The notes under the pieces are model-generated. The model searched no databases, had not been told where the DNA came from, and was given only the letters and a program-made list of their open reading frames with translations. Positions 17,034-25,897 of a stretch of 33,886 nucleotides of DNA are shown one piece after another. Made by a program: the position numbers and the translations under genes. The stretch's first letter is position 1, and each line of letters begins with the position of its first letter. Location of the stretch: the IMG/VR virus record IMGVR_UViG_3300030372_003450, positions 1 to 33,886 of that record; one strand, given 5' to 3'. The stretch comes from a virus (Duplodnaviria; Caudoviricetes).

Positions 17034-18809
17034 ATGGCTATTGAATTAATATTGAACGGTGATAATTCTTCTGAAATTAAAGAACTTCACGATCTTGAAA
17101 TTCTTGCAAGTGTTGAAGAAGGAAATGTAAACGCAAGAATAACAACCGAACAAATCACTTTAGTAAATGATTACGCTAAACTAGTTCGTGATTATATTTC
17201 CGGCGGTGCAAATGGAACAACGGAAGGTATTTTTGAAGGTTTACCGCTACAAATACAAGAAAACGGTGTAAATGTATTTGATGGTTATTTGGACTTCTTA
17301 AATGACTTTGAAATTGTTAATCCTACAACGGTTAAAAGTAGAATAAAAAAACACGATGGAAACAATAATTTCAAGGACCGCGCAAACGGTTTAACATTCG
17401 GTTATTTAGATGAAATTGATTTAATTGATCAAAATGATTATTTGCCTATTCCGTACATAATAGAAAAAGAATTTAATTTTGTCGAATTTGGTTTTATTAC
17501 TTTTCAGATTTACGCTATTTCAAGAGATTTGCAGAATCAGATTAGAATTGTAGCACAACAAGCTGCAAATATTGCCGCTTTAGTTGCTTCCGGAACCGCT
17601 TCCGGCGGTGCTTTGGCTTTGGCTATTTCACAAGCTGCATTAACCGCAACTTTTGCAACGGCTTTAGTTATAATATTAATTAATTTAATTGTTGATTTAG
17701 TTAAATATATTTTCTCGCCGATTAAATATCATCAAGGAATTAAGGTTAAAAAATTAGTTGAAATTGGTTGTACTTATTTAGGTTATTCTTATAACTCAAC
17801 AATTAACGATTTAGATAGCATTGTTATTATTCCAACAAAAACCGGAATTGATAAAAATGTTCAAGAAAATAAATTAATTAATGGTATTCCAATATATCAA
17901 CCCGGTGTTGGCTATCCATCCGCTTCAGATTTTGGATATACACTTGGCGAAATTTTTGAATTAATTAATAAACTTTTTTACGCTGAATTTACTATTCAAA
18001 ATGGAGTTGTTCAGCAACACGTTATTGATTCAACTTATTGGCTTCAAAATAGTACTTATGTTTTGCCGGATATATTACAAGAATCAATTGTGACAAATGC
18101 AAATGAATTAATTTCTGATAAACTAATTACTTTTAAAGCGGATGCAAAAGATGTGAACAGTTTTGAAAATTTTCTTGGCCATACATACGAAATAAGAACA
18201 CGCGCCGTATCAGTTGCCGATCAAAGAAACGTTTTATTAAATGGATTTAGTAGGATTGATATTCCTTATGATTTACCAAACAGAAAAAACACTTTAAACA
18301 ATTTTGAAAAATTGGCTTTCACACTTTTGGATAAAATTGATAATATAACAAATGTTTTCATCAATATGGCTTTAGATGCCGGAGGCCAACCGCCTTCTTC
18401 ACCTTCAAATTTAACCGGTTTTATAACTGATAGAATCGGTTGCAATATGATGGAAACAGATTATTTGTTTGTACCGAAAATTATGAAATTATCCGGCGTT
18501 AGATTAATTCCAAATCAAAGGGATTTTTGGTCTGCAAAATATTTATATGATAATTATCACAACAAAGGTTCTTTTGTTTTAAACAATTACGGAAATCAAT
18601 ATTACATTTATAAAGGTGTTCGCGTTCCTTTCGGTTTTGAACAATTTAATCAATTAACACAAAATTCGTATTTTTACAATCAGAACGGTGATTTATGCAA
18701 ATTGGAACAAATTTCCTGGAATGTTAGTCAAGATTTTGCTTTGATTGATTATAGAGTTAAAAAGAAATACACAACTAACTTAGTTGAAGAATACATTGAA
18801 GAAGCCTAA
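17034..18809 (+). CDS. Tail tip/baseplate-region protein with central hydrophobic segment
   Basis: Directly follows the tape measure; contains an Ala/Leu/Ile-rich hydrophobic stretch. Confidence 0.6.
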   Translation: MAIELILNGDNSSEIKELHDLEILASVEEGNVNARITTEQITLVNDYAKLVRDYISGGANGTTEGIFEGLPLQIQENGVNVFDGYLDFLNDFEIVNPTTVKSRIKKHDGNNNFKDRANGLTFGYLDEIDLIDQNDYLPIPYIIEKEFNFVEFGFITFQIYAISRDLQNQIRIVAQQAANIAALVASGTASGGALALAISQAALTATFATALVIILINLIVDLVKYIFSPIKYHQGIKVKKLVEIGCTYLGYSYNSTINDLDSIVIIPTKTGIDKNVQENKLINGIPIYQPGVGYPSASDFGYTLGEIFELINKLFYAEFTIQNGVVQQHVIDSTYWLQNSTYVLPDILQESIVTNANELISDKLITFKADAKDVNSFENFLGHTYEIRTRAVSVADQRNVLLNGFSRIDIPYDLPNRKNTLNNFEKLAFTLLDKIDNITNVFINMALDAGGQPPSSPSNLTGFITDRIGCNMMETDYLFVPKIMKLSGVRLIPNQRDFWSAKYLYDNYHNKGSFVLNNYGNQYYIYKGVRVPFGFEQFNQLTQNSYFYNQNGDLCKLEQISWNVSQDFALIDYRVKKKYTTNLVEEYIEEA

Positions 18810-18813
18810 AACG

Positions 18814-19047
18814 ATGAAAGAAGAAGAAATTTTAAAAGACTTTGAAAAAACAACAAGTGAAATGCTTGATAGTTTACAAACTTTTTTGCCGGGAATCAAT
18901 AAGTTGAAAAACTTAATGGATAGTAAATTGACCGAAACGCAAAAAGAAGTGATTGATGAATTTTCACGAAAAGCTGAAGGATTAGAAATTTCAAAGCTAA
19001 CAGAATTGAAAGAAGAATATTTAAAAAAAATAAATAATGGCGTTTAG
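18814..19047 (+). CDS. Small helical hypothetical protein
   Basis: ATG at 18814 (MKEEEIL), 4 nt after the upstream stop, is preferred over TTG 18784. Confidence 0.6.
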   Translation: MKEEEILKDFEKTTSEMLDSLQTFLPGINKLKNLMDSKLTETQKEVIDEFSRKAEGLEISKLTELKEEYLKKINNGV

Positions 19048-21523
19048 ATTAGTTAGCACAGAATTTTTTAATCAATATAATAACGGTGAAGCGTTGGATC
19101 AAAACTTAACCGATTTCACAACCAACTTGGTTGGTAATGTTACGGATAAAATAAGAACGCGCCAAACAATTGCCGTTTCTTGGACTTCACAAAGTAATTC
19201 AACAAATACTTTTGATGTTGCCGGAAATACATTAAATCAATTGGCTGGAAGTTTTATCGGTGCTGGATTTGTTGTTGGCGATATTATTTCACTTTATGAT
19301 AATGTAGGAACGGCCTTTGTATTTACTGATAGAACTATTACTTCAATAAGCGCAACGCAAATTGTTTTCGATGGTGCTTCAGTTTCAACGGTAAGTTATC
19401 CGGATGCGAAACTTTACGGAAAAACACCGCTTGAAAGTTTACGATTTAGATTTGGATTAATTGAGAATAACGAAGCAACAAATTATATTTCAAAAATTGA
19501 TGGAACGGCTGAAAATTCTTTTTCGGCTGATGGTATTGGATTTGACACCGGCGGAGGTGTTCGTTCATTAACTCCGGTAACGTTAACACCTTCAACCGGC
19601 GTTAATTCCTGGAAAGAAGATTTTGGAAGTGCAACGGTTGCTTTTTTATCAACCGGAACACAAGCGCAAGATTATGAGCAAATATTCGAAATAAATCATT
19701 ATTTTACAATTTTACCTTTCTATCTTGATGGTGATTTAACCAATTTACAAAACCTTTTATTAACAAGCGGAACGCAACCGGCATTATTTACATCAACAAA
19801 TTCTTTGAAATATGTTTTTGATGCACAATTAAACACAACTTTATCGAATCCAAATGGCACTAAATCTGCTTCAGTTGATTCAAATCTTGGAAGTGTTGGT
19901 TGGTTCAATGAGAATTTAAATGGTGGTAATAATCTTTATGCGGTTAGGGATTTAGTTTATACAAATGTTGATACCGCGCAAGTTGTTAACAGAATTGATT
20001 CACAACAAAAAACAAATGTTGCTTTCAATATTACAAACGCTTTTAATCCATTTACAGTTAATACAAATGTTTCGGTTGGAATTGCAATCCTTCCAAACGC
20101 TTCAGATTATCAACAAAACACGAACACAATTAATGAAAATTTTGTTCTTGATACTGATTTTACAACCGTAGGATTAGCACCAATTGCAAGTTCAATCATT
20201 TCAAACTATTCGGCAACACTTGTTGCAGCGGATGAAATTTCTGTTCAATTTGATGTTGATTATTTAACGGCAATAGAGCCAACACTTGAAAATAAAAATT
20301 ATGTTATTTGGGCCACAACTTGCGATGAAACCGCAATCGCCGGAAATACAGACCGCGTTTCCTTAAAGGTTGATACGCAACTATATGATTTTAATCCGGA
20401 CGTTGAAGATTTAATTTTCATTGATACAATTAATCATTTTCCGCATAACATAAACGATACGGTTTTAGCTGATGGATTTGATGATTACAAAGGTTGGATT
20501 GAAGATGGCTTCGAAATTGTTGTTCCTTTTCAATTAAACAATGATTTATCGGCCGGTTTATCAAGTTTATCGGTTCATTTATCCGCCTGGAATCCTTCAA
20601 CTGATGATAGATTTGATCTGCAAAATTATAATTATAGTTTATCCGGTGGTGTTTTAATAAATCCGGCCGGTTTAAATCAATATAAATCATACAATATAAA
20701 CACTACACGCGGTTTTAATTTGGTAAATGGAAGCCAATTCAACAACGCGGTTTTAACAACACAAGGACCAGGATTGCGCGGAGCAATTAACGTTATTAAC
20801 TATGAGTTAAAACTTGGAATAAAAGCGAATTTTGAAGAATGGATTTCGTTACCCGGTGCAAATACTGTTTTTTATAATGCGAATGAACCGAATAATGGTT
20901 TAAATTTAAAAGCAAGTAATTACAGTTTAAAAAATGGTTATGAATTAGTTGTTTTTATTGATGCGGTTGCGGCGGTTGTTGTTCAAAATCCTCCAACATT
21001 TATTCCAACAAATGTTTTTACTAATTATCAATTTCTTTCGCAACCACACGCTTATTATGATTATAATTTAGATGCGAATGTTACACCGGATTATTCCGTT
21101 GAAATAATTACACTTGATGAAAATGGTGCGAATACTTCCGGAATTGTTGAAACTTCGATTAATACAACGGTAAAAGCAACATTCACGCCCACAAGCGGAA
21201 CAACAAATTTCATTAATCCTTACGGCATAATAAGACTAAATCAATTCGGCGGTAATATTCAAACGATTTTTGAACTTTCTTCGATTCGTGAAAGCATTGT
21301 TTCAAATCCTTTAATTCCGTTAAGCGGTGAAAATTACACGAAAGTAACCGATAACGGTTCAACGGTTGTATTAGAATGTTTAATTGATGGTTCACTTTTG
21401 GATGCTTCTTTGAATTATGATATTTCTGCAACATTGCGAGATGATACAAGCGAAATCGGAATAGCAACCGAACTTGGAACATTGATTGAAACCGAATTAA
21501 ACGATATAATAATAATTGAGTAA
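19037..21523 (+). CDS. Large beta-rich tail structural protein
   Basis: 828 aa, N/T/S-rich, in the tail module. Confidence 0.65.
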   Translation: MAFRLVSTEFFNQYNNGEALDQNLTDFTTNLVGNVTDKIRTRQTIAVSWTSQSNSTNTFDVAGNTLNQLAGSFIGAGFVVGDIISLYDNVGTAFVFTDRTITSISATQIVFDGASVSTVSYPDAKLYGKTPLESLRFRFGLIENNEATNYISKIDGTAENSFSADGIGFDTGGGVRSLTPVTLTPSTGVNSWKEDFGSATVAFLSTGTQAQDYEQIFEINHYFTILPFYLDGDLTNLQNLLLTSGTQPALFTSTNSLKYVFDAQLNTTLSNPNGTKSASVDSNLGSVGWFNENLNGGNNLYAVRDLVYTNVDTAQVVNRIDSQQKTNVAFNITNAFNPFTVNTNVSVGIAILPNASDYQQNTNTINENFVLDTDFTTVGLAPIASSIISNYSATLVAADEISVQFDVDYLTAIEPTLENKNYVIWATTCDETAIAGNTDRVSLKVDTQLYDFNPDVEDLIFIDTINHFPHNINDTVLADGFDDYKGWIEDGFEIVVPFQLNNDLSAGLSSLSVHLSAWNPSTDDRFDLQNYNYSLSGGVLINPAGLNQYKSYNINTTRGFNLVNGSQFNNAVLTTQGPGLRGAINVINYELKLGIKANFEEWISLPGANTVFYNANEPNNGLNLKASNYSLKNGYELVVFIDAVAAVVVQNPPTFIPTNVFTNYQFLSQPHAYYDYNLDANVTPDYSVEIITLDENGANTSGIVETSINTTVKATFTPTSGTTNFINPYGIIRLNQFGGNIQTIFELSSIRESIVSNPLIPLSGENYTKVTDNGSTVVLECLIDGSLLDASLNYDISATLRDDTSEIGIATELGTLIETELNDIIIIE

Positions 21524-21528
21524 ATTTG
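21521..21528 (+). promoter_or_regulatory. -7 promoter box (TAAATTTG)
   Basis: Overlaps the upstream stop; ends 7 nt before ATG 21536. Confidence 0.4.
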
Positions 21529-21535
21529 TAATAAT

Positions 21536-22012
21536 ATGAGTATTAAATATAGTGGAATATTAGCAACGGATGAAGTAACTTCAGCCGGTGATGATGATAT
21601 AATAGTTTTGGCAATTGTTGATGGTACTTCAGCAACCGGCTACACGACAAAAGCAATTAAGAAAAGTAATTTAATAGTTGAGCCGTTAAAAGCTTTTCAC
21701 ACGTTAACAGAATTTGGTCCGGCGTTACGCTACCAATGGGATTATGATTTAGGTTATAACGCACAAATCACAATGACTTCAGATAGGTTGATGGATGAAC
21801 CAACGAATGTTGAAGATGGTGATTATGGCACTTTAGTAATAACACAAGATTCAACCGGTGGTTGGACTTTAGGCCTTCCGGCTTCATTTAAAGTTGTTAA
21901 CGGTGGCGGTGGCGCAATAACACTTTCAACCGCTCCAAATTCAGTTGATTCTATTTCCTGGGTAAAAAAGGGAAGTGATTTTCTTGTAACTTTAGGTTTA
22001 AATTTTAGTTAA
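21536..22012 (+). CDS. Tail fibre-associated structural protein
   Basis: TLVITQDSTGGWTL...LSTAPNSVDSISW pattern typical of fibre C-terminal modules; TAATG-coupled to the LamG gene. Confidence 0.6.
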   Translation: MSIKYSGILATDEVTSAGDDDIIVLAIVDGTSATGYTTKAIKKSNLIVEPLKAFHTLTEFGPALRYQWDYDLGYNAQITMTSDRLMDEPTNVEDGDYGTLVITQDSTGGWTLGLPASFKVVNGGGGAITLSTAPNSVDSISWVKKGSDFLVTLGLNFS

Positions 22013-23421
22013 TGAACGGGCCAATTATAGCATATCGCGGAAATATGGGTGTTCAAACAACACCGGCATTTACAAATACTTATAGCCTACTTTTTGACGG
22101 AATAGGTGATAGAGTTCAATTAGCTTCTGATTTTGTTGCAAGTGGCGAATTTACTATTTCGTTTTGGATGAAGCCAACGAGTTTTTCGGGTAATGGCAAT
22201 ATATTTCCTATTGGTACTTTTCCCGTTAATGCTAATTGGATTCGATTAACTTCCGCCGGTGTTTTATGGTTTAGAATTGGCGCGCAAACTCTTATTTATA
22301 GTGAAACCGTTTACGGTGGTGGTGCTAATGATATGGTTTTAAACACTTGGCAACATATAGCTTTTATTAGAGATAGTTCAAATAACATAAAATGTTATAG
22401 AAATGGTGCTGATTTTGGTTACAACGCTTCTGCCGCTACAAATAGCAACACATTAACTTATAATTCATTCGGTAGAATAATTACCAATGCTTTTGGGTTT
22501 TCGGGCGGTTTAGATGAAATTTCATTTTTTGATACTGACCAAACAAGCAATTTAGCAACTATATACAATAGCGGTACGCCTAATGACTTATCTAGTCTTA
22601 GTCCGTTAAATTGGTATAGGTGCGGCGAAAACGGTGCTTACAAGTCACCACAATGGCTTATACCTAATAATGAGAACTTTATAGCAAATAAATTAAGTAA
22701 TTATAGTTTTCAGTTTGACGGAATAGATGACTATATTAGTGTAACTGCAAATCCTTTAACCGATTTTACTGTTAGTTTTTGGGTAAAACCAAATTCAGCA
22801 GGTGCAAGTTATGAAGGTATTTTAGGGCAAGGAACTACATCGGCACAAGGTGGCATTTTGCGTTATGTAGCTTGGAATAGTTCTTCGGTAAGCGGTACTA
22901 TTTCCCTATTTTTAGGTTCTTGGACTAACATTAGCGGAACTGTAACAAATGGTGTTTGGACTAATATTGTTTTGACTTACGATAGCACTTTAGATGAGTT
23001 AAAGAGTTATAACAATGGTTCTCTTTATACAACTATTTCTTCTCCTAACTTTAGCGCACAAACAACTAACGCACATTCATTTGAAAGGATAGGATTAAGA
23101 AATGGAGTTAATAGTTCAGCGTTTGGCGGAAGTATAGATGAGGTAGCACTTTGGGATAGTGCCTTGACAGATATTTCAAGCATTTACAACGGTGGAGAAC
23201 CAACTACAATAAGCGGAGCAATTGCACATTGGAAAATGGGTGATGAAGCTACTTTTAGCGGTGGTGTGTGGACAATTCCCGACCAAGTTGGAAGTAATAA
23301 CGGAACATCTAACGCTATGACAATAGAAGATAGGATTGGAGATGCACCAAAATCTGAAAATAATGCTTTATCTTACAATATGGATTTAATAGACCGACAA
23401 ACAGATACACCTCCAACATAA
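22012..23421 (+). CDS. Putative receptor-binding protein with two LamG/concanavalin-A-like domains
   Basis: Duplicated motifs: SLLFDGIGD/SFQFDGIDD, FTISFWMKP/FTVSFWVKP, WQHIAF/WTNIVLTY, GGLDEISFF/GSIDEVALW, IYNSGTP/IYNGGEP. Confidence 0.85.
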   Translation: MNGPIIAYRGNMGVQTTPAFTNTYSLLFDGIGDRVQLASDFVASGEFTISFWMKPTSFSGNGNIFPIGTFPVNANWIRLTSAGVLWFRIGAQTLIYSETVYGGGANDMVLNTWQHIAFIRDSSNNIKCYRNGADFGYNASAATNSNTLTYNSFGRIITNAFGFSGGLDEISFFDTDQTSNLATIYNSGTPNDLSSLSPLNWYRCGENGAYKSPQWLIPNNENFIANKLSNYSFQFDGIDDYISVTANPLTDFTVSFWVKPNSAGASYEGILGQGTTSAQGGILRYVAWNSSSVSGTISLFLGSWTNISGTVTNGVWTNIVLTYDSTLDELKSYNNGSLYTTISSPNFSAQTTNAHSFERIGLRNGVNSSAFGGSIDEVALWDSALTDISSIYNGGEPTTISGAIAHWKMGDEATFSGGVWTIPDQVGSNNGTSNAMTIEDRIGDAPKSENNALSYNMDLIDRQTDTPPT

Positions 23422-23433
23422 AAAATAATAAAA

Positions 23434-23703
23434 ATGAATAATAAAATTTACGCAATAATTAAACTTGCAGACATTGAATTAATTGATTTTAGTCAAGTTT
23501 CTCAAAGTTCAGCATCCACAGTTAGAAAGAGTTTAGATGATACGCAATTTGTTATTAAATGGCAAGAAGGTTACGAGCCTACTTTTATTGCAGATAGTTC
23601 TGTTGTTCCTTTAGAAGTTTTAAGTCACGCTGAGTGCTTAGAGTTAATGTCAACAAGTGAATGGAGTGAACCGATTGAAACAAAAGAAGAAGCAAAAAAA
23701 TAA
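23434..23703 (+). CDS. Small acidic protein, possible fibre chaperone
   Basis: IDFSQV.Q.S..TVRKSLD.TQFVIKW...P...H.ECL.LM...EW; directly follows the LamG gene. Confidence 0.65.
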   Translation: MNNKIYAIIKLADIELIDFSQVSQSSASTVRKSLDDTQFVIKWQEGYEPTFIADSSVVPLEVLSHAECLELMSTSEWSEPIETKEEAKK

Positions 23704-23705
23704 CT

Positions 23706-24644
23706 ATGTCAATTATTCAAAGAGTTCCAGGAACAAGATTGATGCCCTTAAACGGTATGTCAAGCCAATTGATTGCACAAACTTTAGATTTGGAAGCAAC
23801 AACCGTTCCGACAACTTTAGTATCTGAATGCGTTGGTGCGCTTCCGGTGTTCGGTGATTTATTTTCTGATGATTTACAAAATAATGATTTTACTTCATTC
23901 TTAGCTTATCAACGACCGGGAACAACTGTTTCATTTAAGTTATTTGATGGAAATTGTAATTTTATAGCTAATTTAAATACTTCAGACTATGGTTTATATT
24001 ATCCAATAAATTACTTTGGTAGTGGATTCACATTTTTCCAAAATAATTATTTAGGATATAAGCTTGAATGGCAAAAAGTTTTAAATCTTCACGGTCCCGG
24101 AACGTATAAAATTCAAATAAAAACACTTTCAAATTTTATTCCGGCCGCTTTTGAACCAATTGAAGAATGTTCTTGCTTCTTTGAACTTTTGCAATATTCA
24201 AATTCATTTGCTGATGAAACGGTAAGAATTGAAACAACACAAAATGGTTATATTATCGGTGAAGGATTAGATTATACAAATATTAATTGGAAAGAACAAA
24301 TCCGGATTCCTGGTTTCTTTGGAAATAAACAACGAAGATTAGAACAAGATAATTATTTGGATAAAAACAGACGAACAACACAAATACAAGATTCTTTGAT
24401 TCACGAATTTACTTTAGAACCTTATTTTTGGCCCGATTGTTTACGTGATCAAATTGATTCAATTTTACTTGCAAATGAAATACTTGTTTCTGATTATAAT
24501 CGTGATAATACGGATAATCTCAAGAATATATCGGTTATTCCAACGACTATCGAAACTGAATATTTTGGAAAATCTAACAAAGCGGCTGACGAAATAAAAT
24601 TCGAAGAAAGAAGGAAAAACAGAGTTAAACGAAATGTGAAGTAA
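23706..24644 (+). CDS. Putative tail structural protein
   Basis: 312-aa ORF at the end of the structural module; no diagnostic motif. Confidence 0.5.
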   Translation: MSIIQRVPGTRLMPLNGMSSQLIAQTLDLEATTVPTTLVSECVGALPVFGDLFSDDLQNNDFTSFLAYQRPGTTVSFKLFDGNCNFIANLNTSDYGLYYPINYFGSGFTFFQNNYLGYKLEWQKVLNLHGPGTYKIQIKTLSNFIPAAFEPIEECSCFFELLQYSNSFADETVRIETTQNGYIIGEGLDYTNINWKEQIRIPGFFGNKQRRLEQDNYLDKNRRTTQIQDSLIHEFTLEPYFWPDCLRDQIDSILLANEILVSDYNRDNTDNLKNISVIPTTIETEYFGKSNKAADEIKFEERRKNRVKRNVK

Positions 24645-25168
24645 TGGAAACATTGGAAGGTTGCATTTTAAGTTATGCTAAAGAATTTGTTGGCCAAGAA
24701 GAAATTCCTGGAAACAAAGGTTTTAAAGATAAAAATTTTGATGCTTTAATTAGACATTTTACAAGTTTTCAAAACGGTCACGCTTGGTGTGTTTATTTTT
24801 GTTGGTTGTGTTGGCAATTAAGTTACACTGATTTTGCTGAAAGCTTTGAAATTGCAAAGGCTGAATTTTCCGGTGGTGCGGTGCGTACCTTTCGACATTT
24901 CCGAGAAATCGGTTGGACTTCAAAAGAACCACAAATTGGTTCAATTGCTATTTGGCAAAAATACAGAAATGGAAGCGCAACGGCATACGGTCACGCGGCA
25001 ATTGTTGAATATTGGGATGAAAAATATATCTTTACAGTTGATGGAAACACAAATGACAAAGGCGGTCGCGAAGGTTACATTGTCGCAGATGGTAAAAAAA
25101 GAAGTATTGATTTTAAACCAAGAAAAAACGGCTTAGTATTAAAAGGATTTATTCACCCAAAAATTTAA
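24644..25168 (+). CDS. Endolysin, CHAP-domain amidase/peptidase
   Basis: AWCVYF (catalytic Cys), GHAAIVE (His), VDGNT; first gene of the lysis cassette. Confidence 0.85.
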   Translation: METLEGCILSYAKEFVGQEEIPGNKGFKDKNFDALIRHFTSFQNGHAWCVYFCWLCWQLSYTDFAESFEIAKAEFSGGAVRTFRHFREIGWTSKEPQIGSIAIWQKYRNGSATAYGHAAIVEYWDEKYIFTVDGNTNDKGGREGYIVADGKKRSIDFKPRKNGLVLKGFIHPKI

Positions 25169-25172
25169 AAAA

Positions 25173-25355
25173 ATGGAAAGATTATTCAAAACCGGAATTG
25201 TTACGACAATGTTAGGATTAACAATTTTATGCGTTGCAATTGCTTTGTATATCAGCAAAAATCATACAGAAACAGAAGCCGGTGCCGTTGGTGCTTTGGC
25301 TTTATTATTATTAAGAAGTAAAGATTCATTAATTGGTTTAGGTCCAAAGAAATGA
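25173..25355 (+). CDS. Putative holin
   Basis: 60 aa with two hydrophobic segments and a basic C-terminus, directly after the lysin. Confidence 0.65.
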   Translation: MERLFKTGIVTTMLGLTILCVAIALYISKNHTETEAGAVGALALLLLRSKDSLIGLGPKK

Positions 25356-25624
25356 AAAAGCTTGATTTAATAGCTTTATTGTTACTCGGAATTATAGCTT
25401 TGTCGCTTATTTTAAGCCTATTTAAAAGCACTTCAACAACTATTGAAGGGTACACACAACAAGAAGTTAATTACTTGCTTGAAATCCAATCTTTGAAAAA
25501 TGACAAAAAACTTTTAAATTATGAAATTGAAAGGTTTAAAGACAAAATTATTTCTGATAGCGCTTTTGTTCATAATGCTACTAACAACCAAATCGACAGT
25601 TTATTCACAGACTATTTTAAATGA
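25352..25624 (+). CDS. Spanin-like inner-membrane component
   Basis: N-terminal TM plus coiled coil; overlaps the next ORF by 104 nt. Confidence 0.55.
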   Translation: MKKLDLIALLLLGIIALSLILSLFKSTSTTIEGYTQQEVNYLLEIQSLKNDKKLLNYEIERFKDKIISDSAFVHNATNNQIDSLFTDYFK

Positions 25625-25889
25625 TAGTTTAAAGTGTTTCACCTATGAACAAGCCAGGCAAATAATAACCGATTTGCGACAATTGCCCATAAAAGATTCG
25701 ATTATTCACCGCCTTAATTCAGTTGTGAAAATTGATTCTGCAATTATAAATAATCACGAAATTGTTATTGAAAAACAAGGCCGTGAATTAATTGATAAAA
25801 GGGCCAAGATTTTAAGATTAAAAAAAAACCGAAAACTTTTCTTTATATTTGGTGCAATCTTAGGAGTTAGCACACAACTCCTTTTTTAA
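25521..25889 (+). CDS. Second spanin-like component (signal peptide, coiled coil, C-terminal TM)
   Basis: Hydrophobic N-terminus ending VYS|Q; C-terminal LFFIFGAILGVSTQLLF. Confidence 0.55.
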   Translation: MKLKGLKTKLFLIALLFIMLLTTKSTVYSQTILNDSLKCFTYEQARQIITDLRQLPIKDSIIHRLNSVVKIDSAIINNHEIVIEKQGRELIDKRAKILRLKKNRKLFFIFGAILGVSTQLLF

Positions 25890-25897
25890 GCAAATAA

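Noticed and set aside
22012-23421. Internal duplication as a diversity-generating retroelement TR/VR pair
   Set aside because: The similarity is diverged and protein-level, not adenine-specific, and no reverse transcriptase is encoded.
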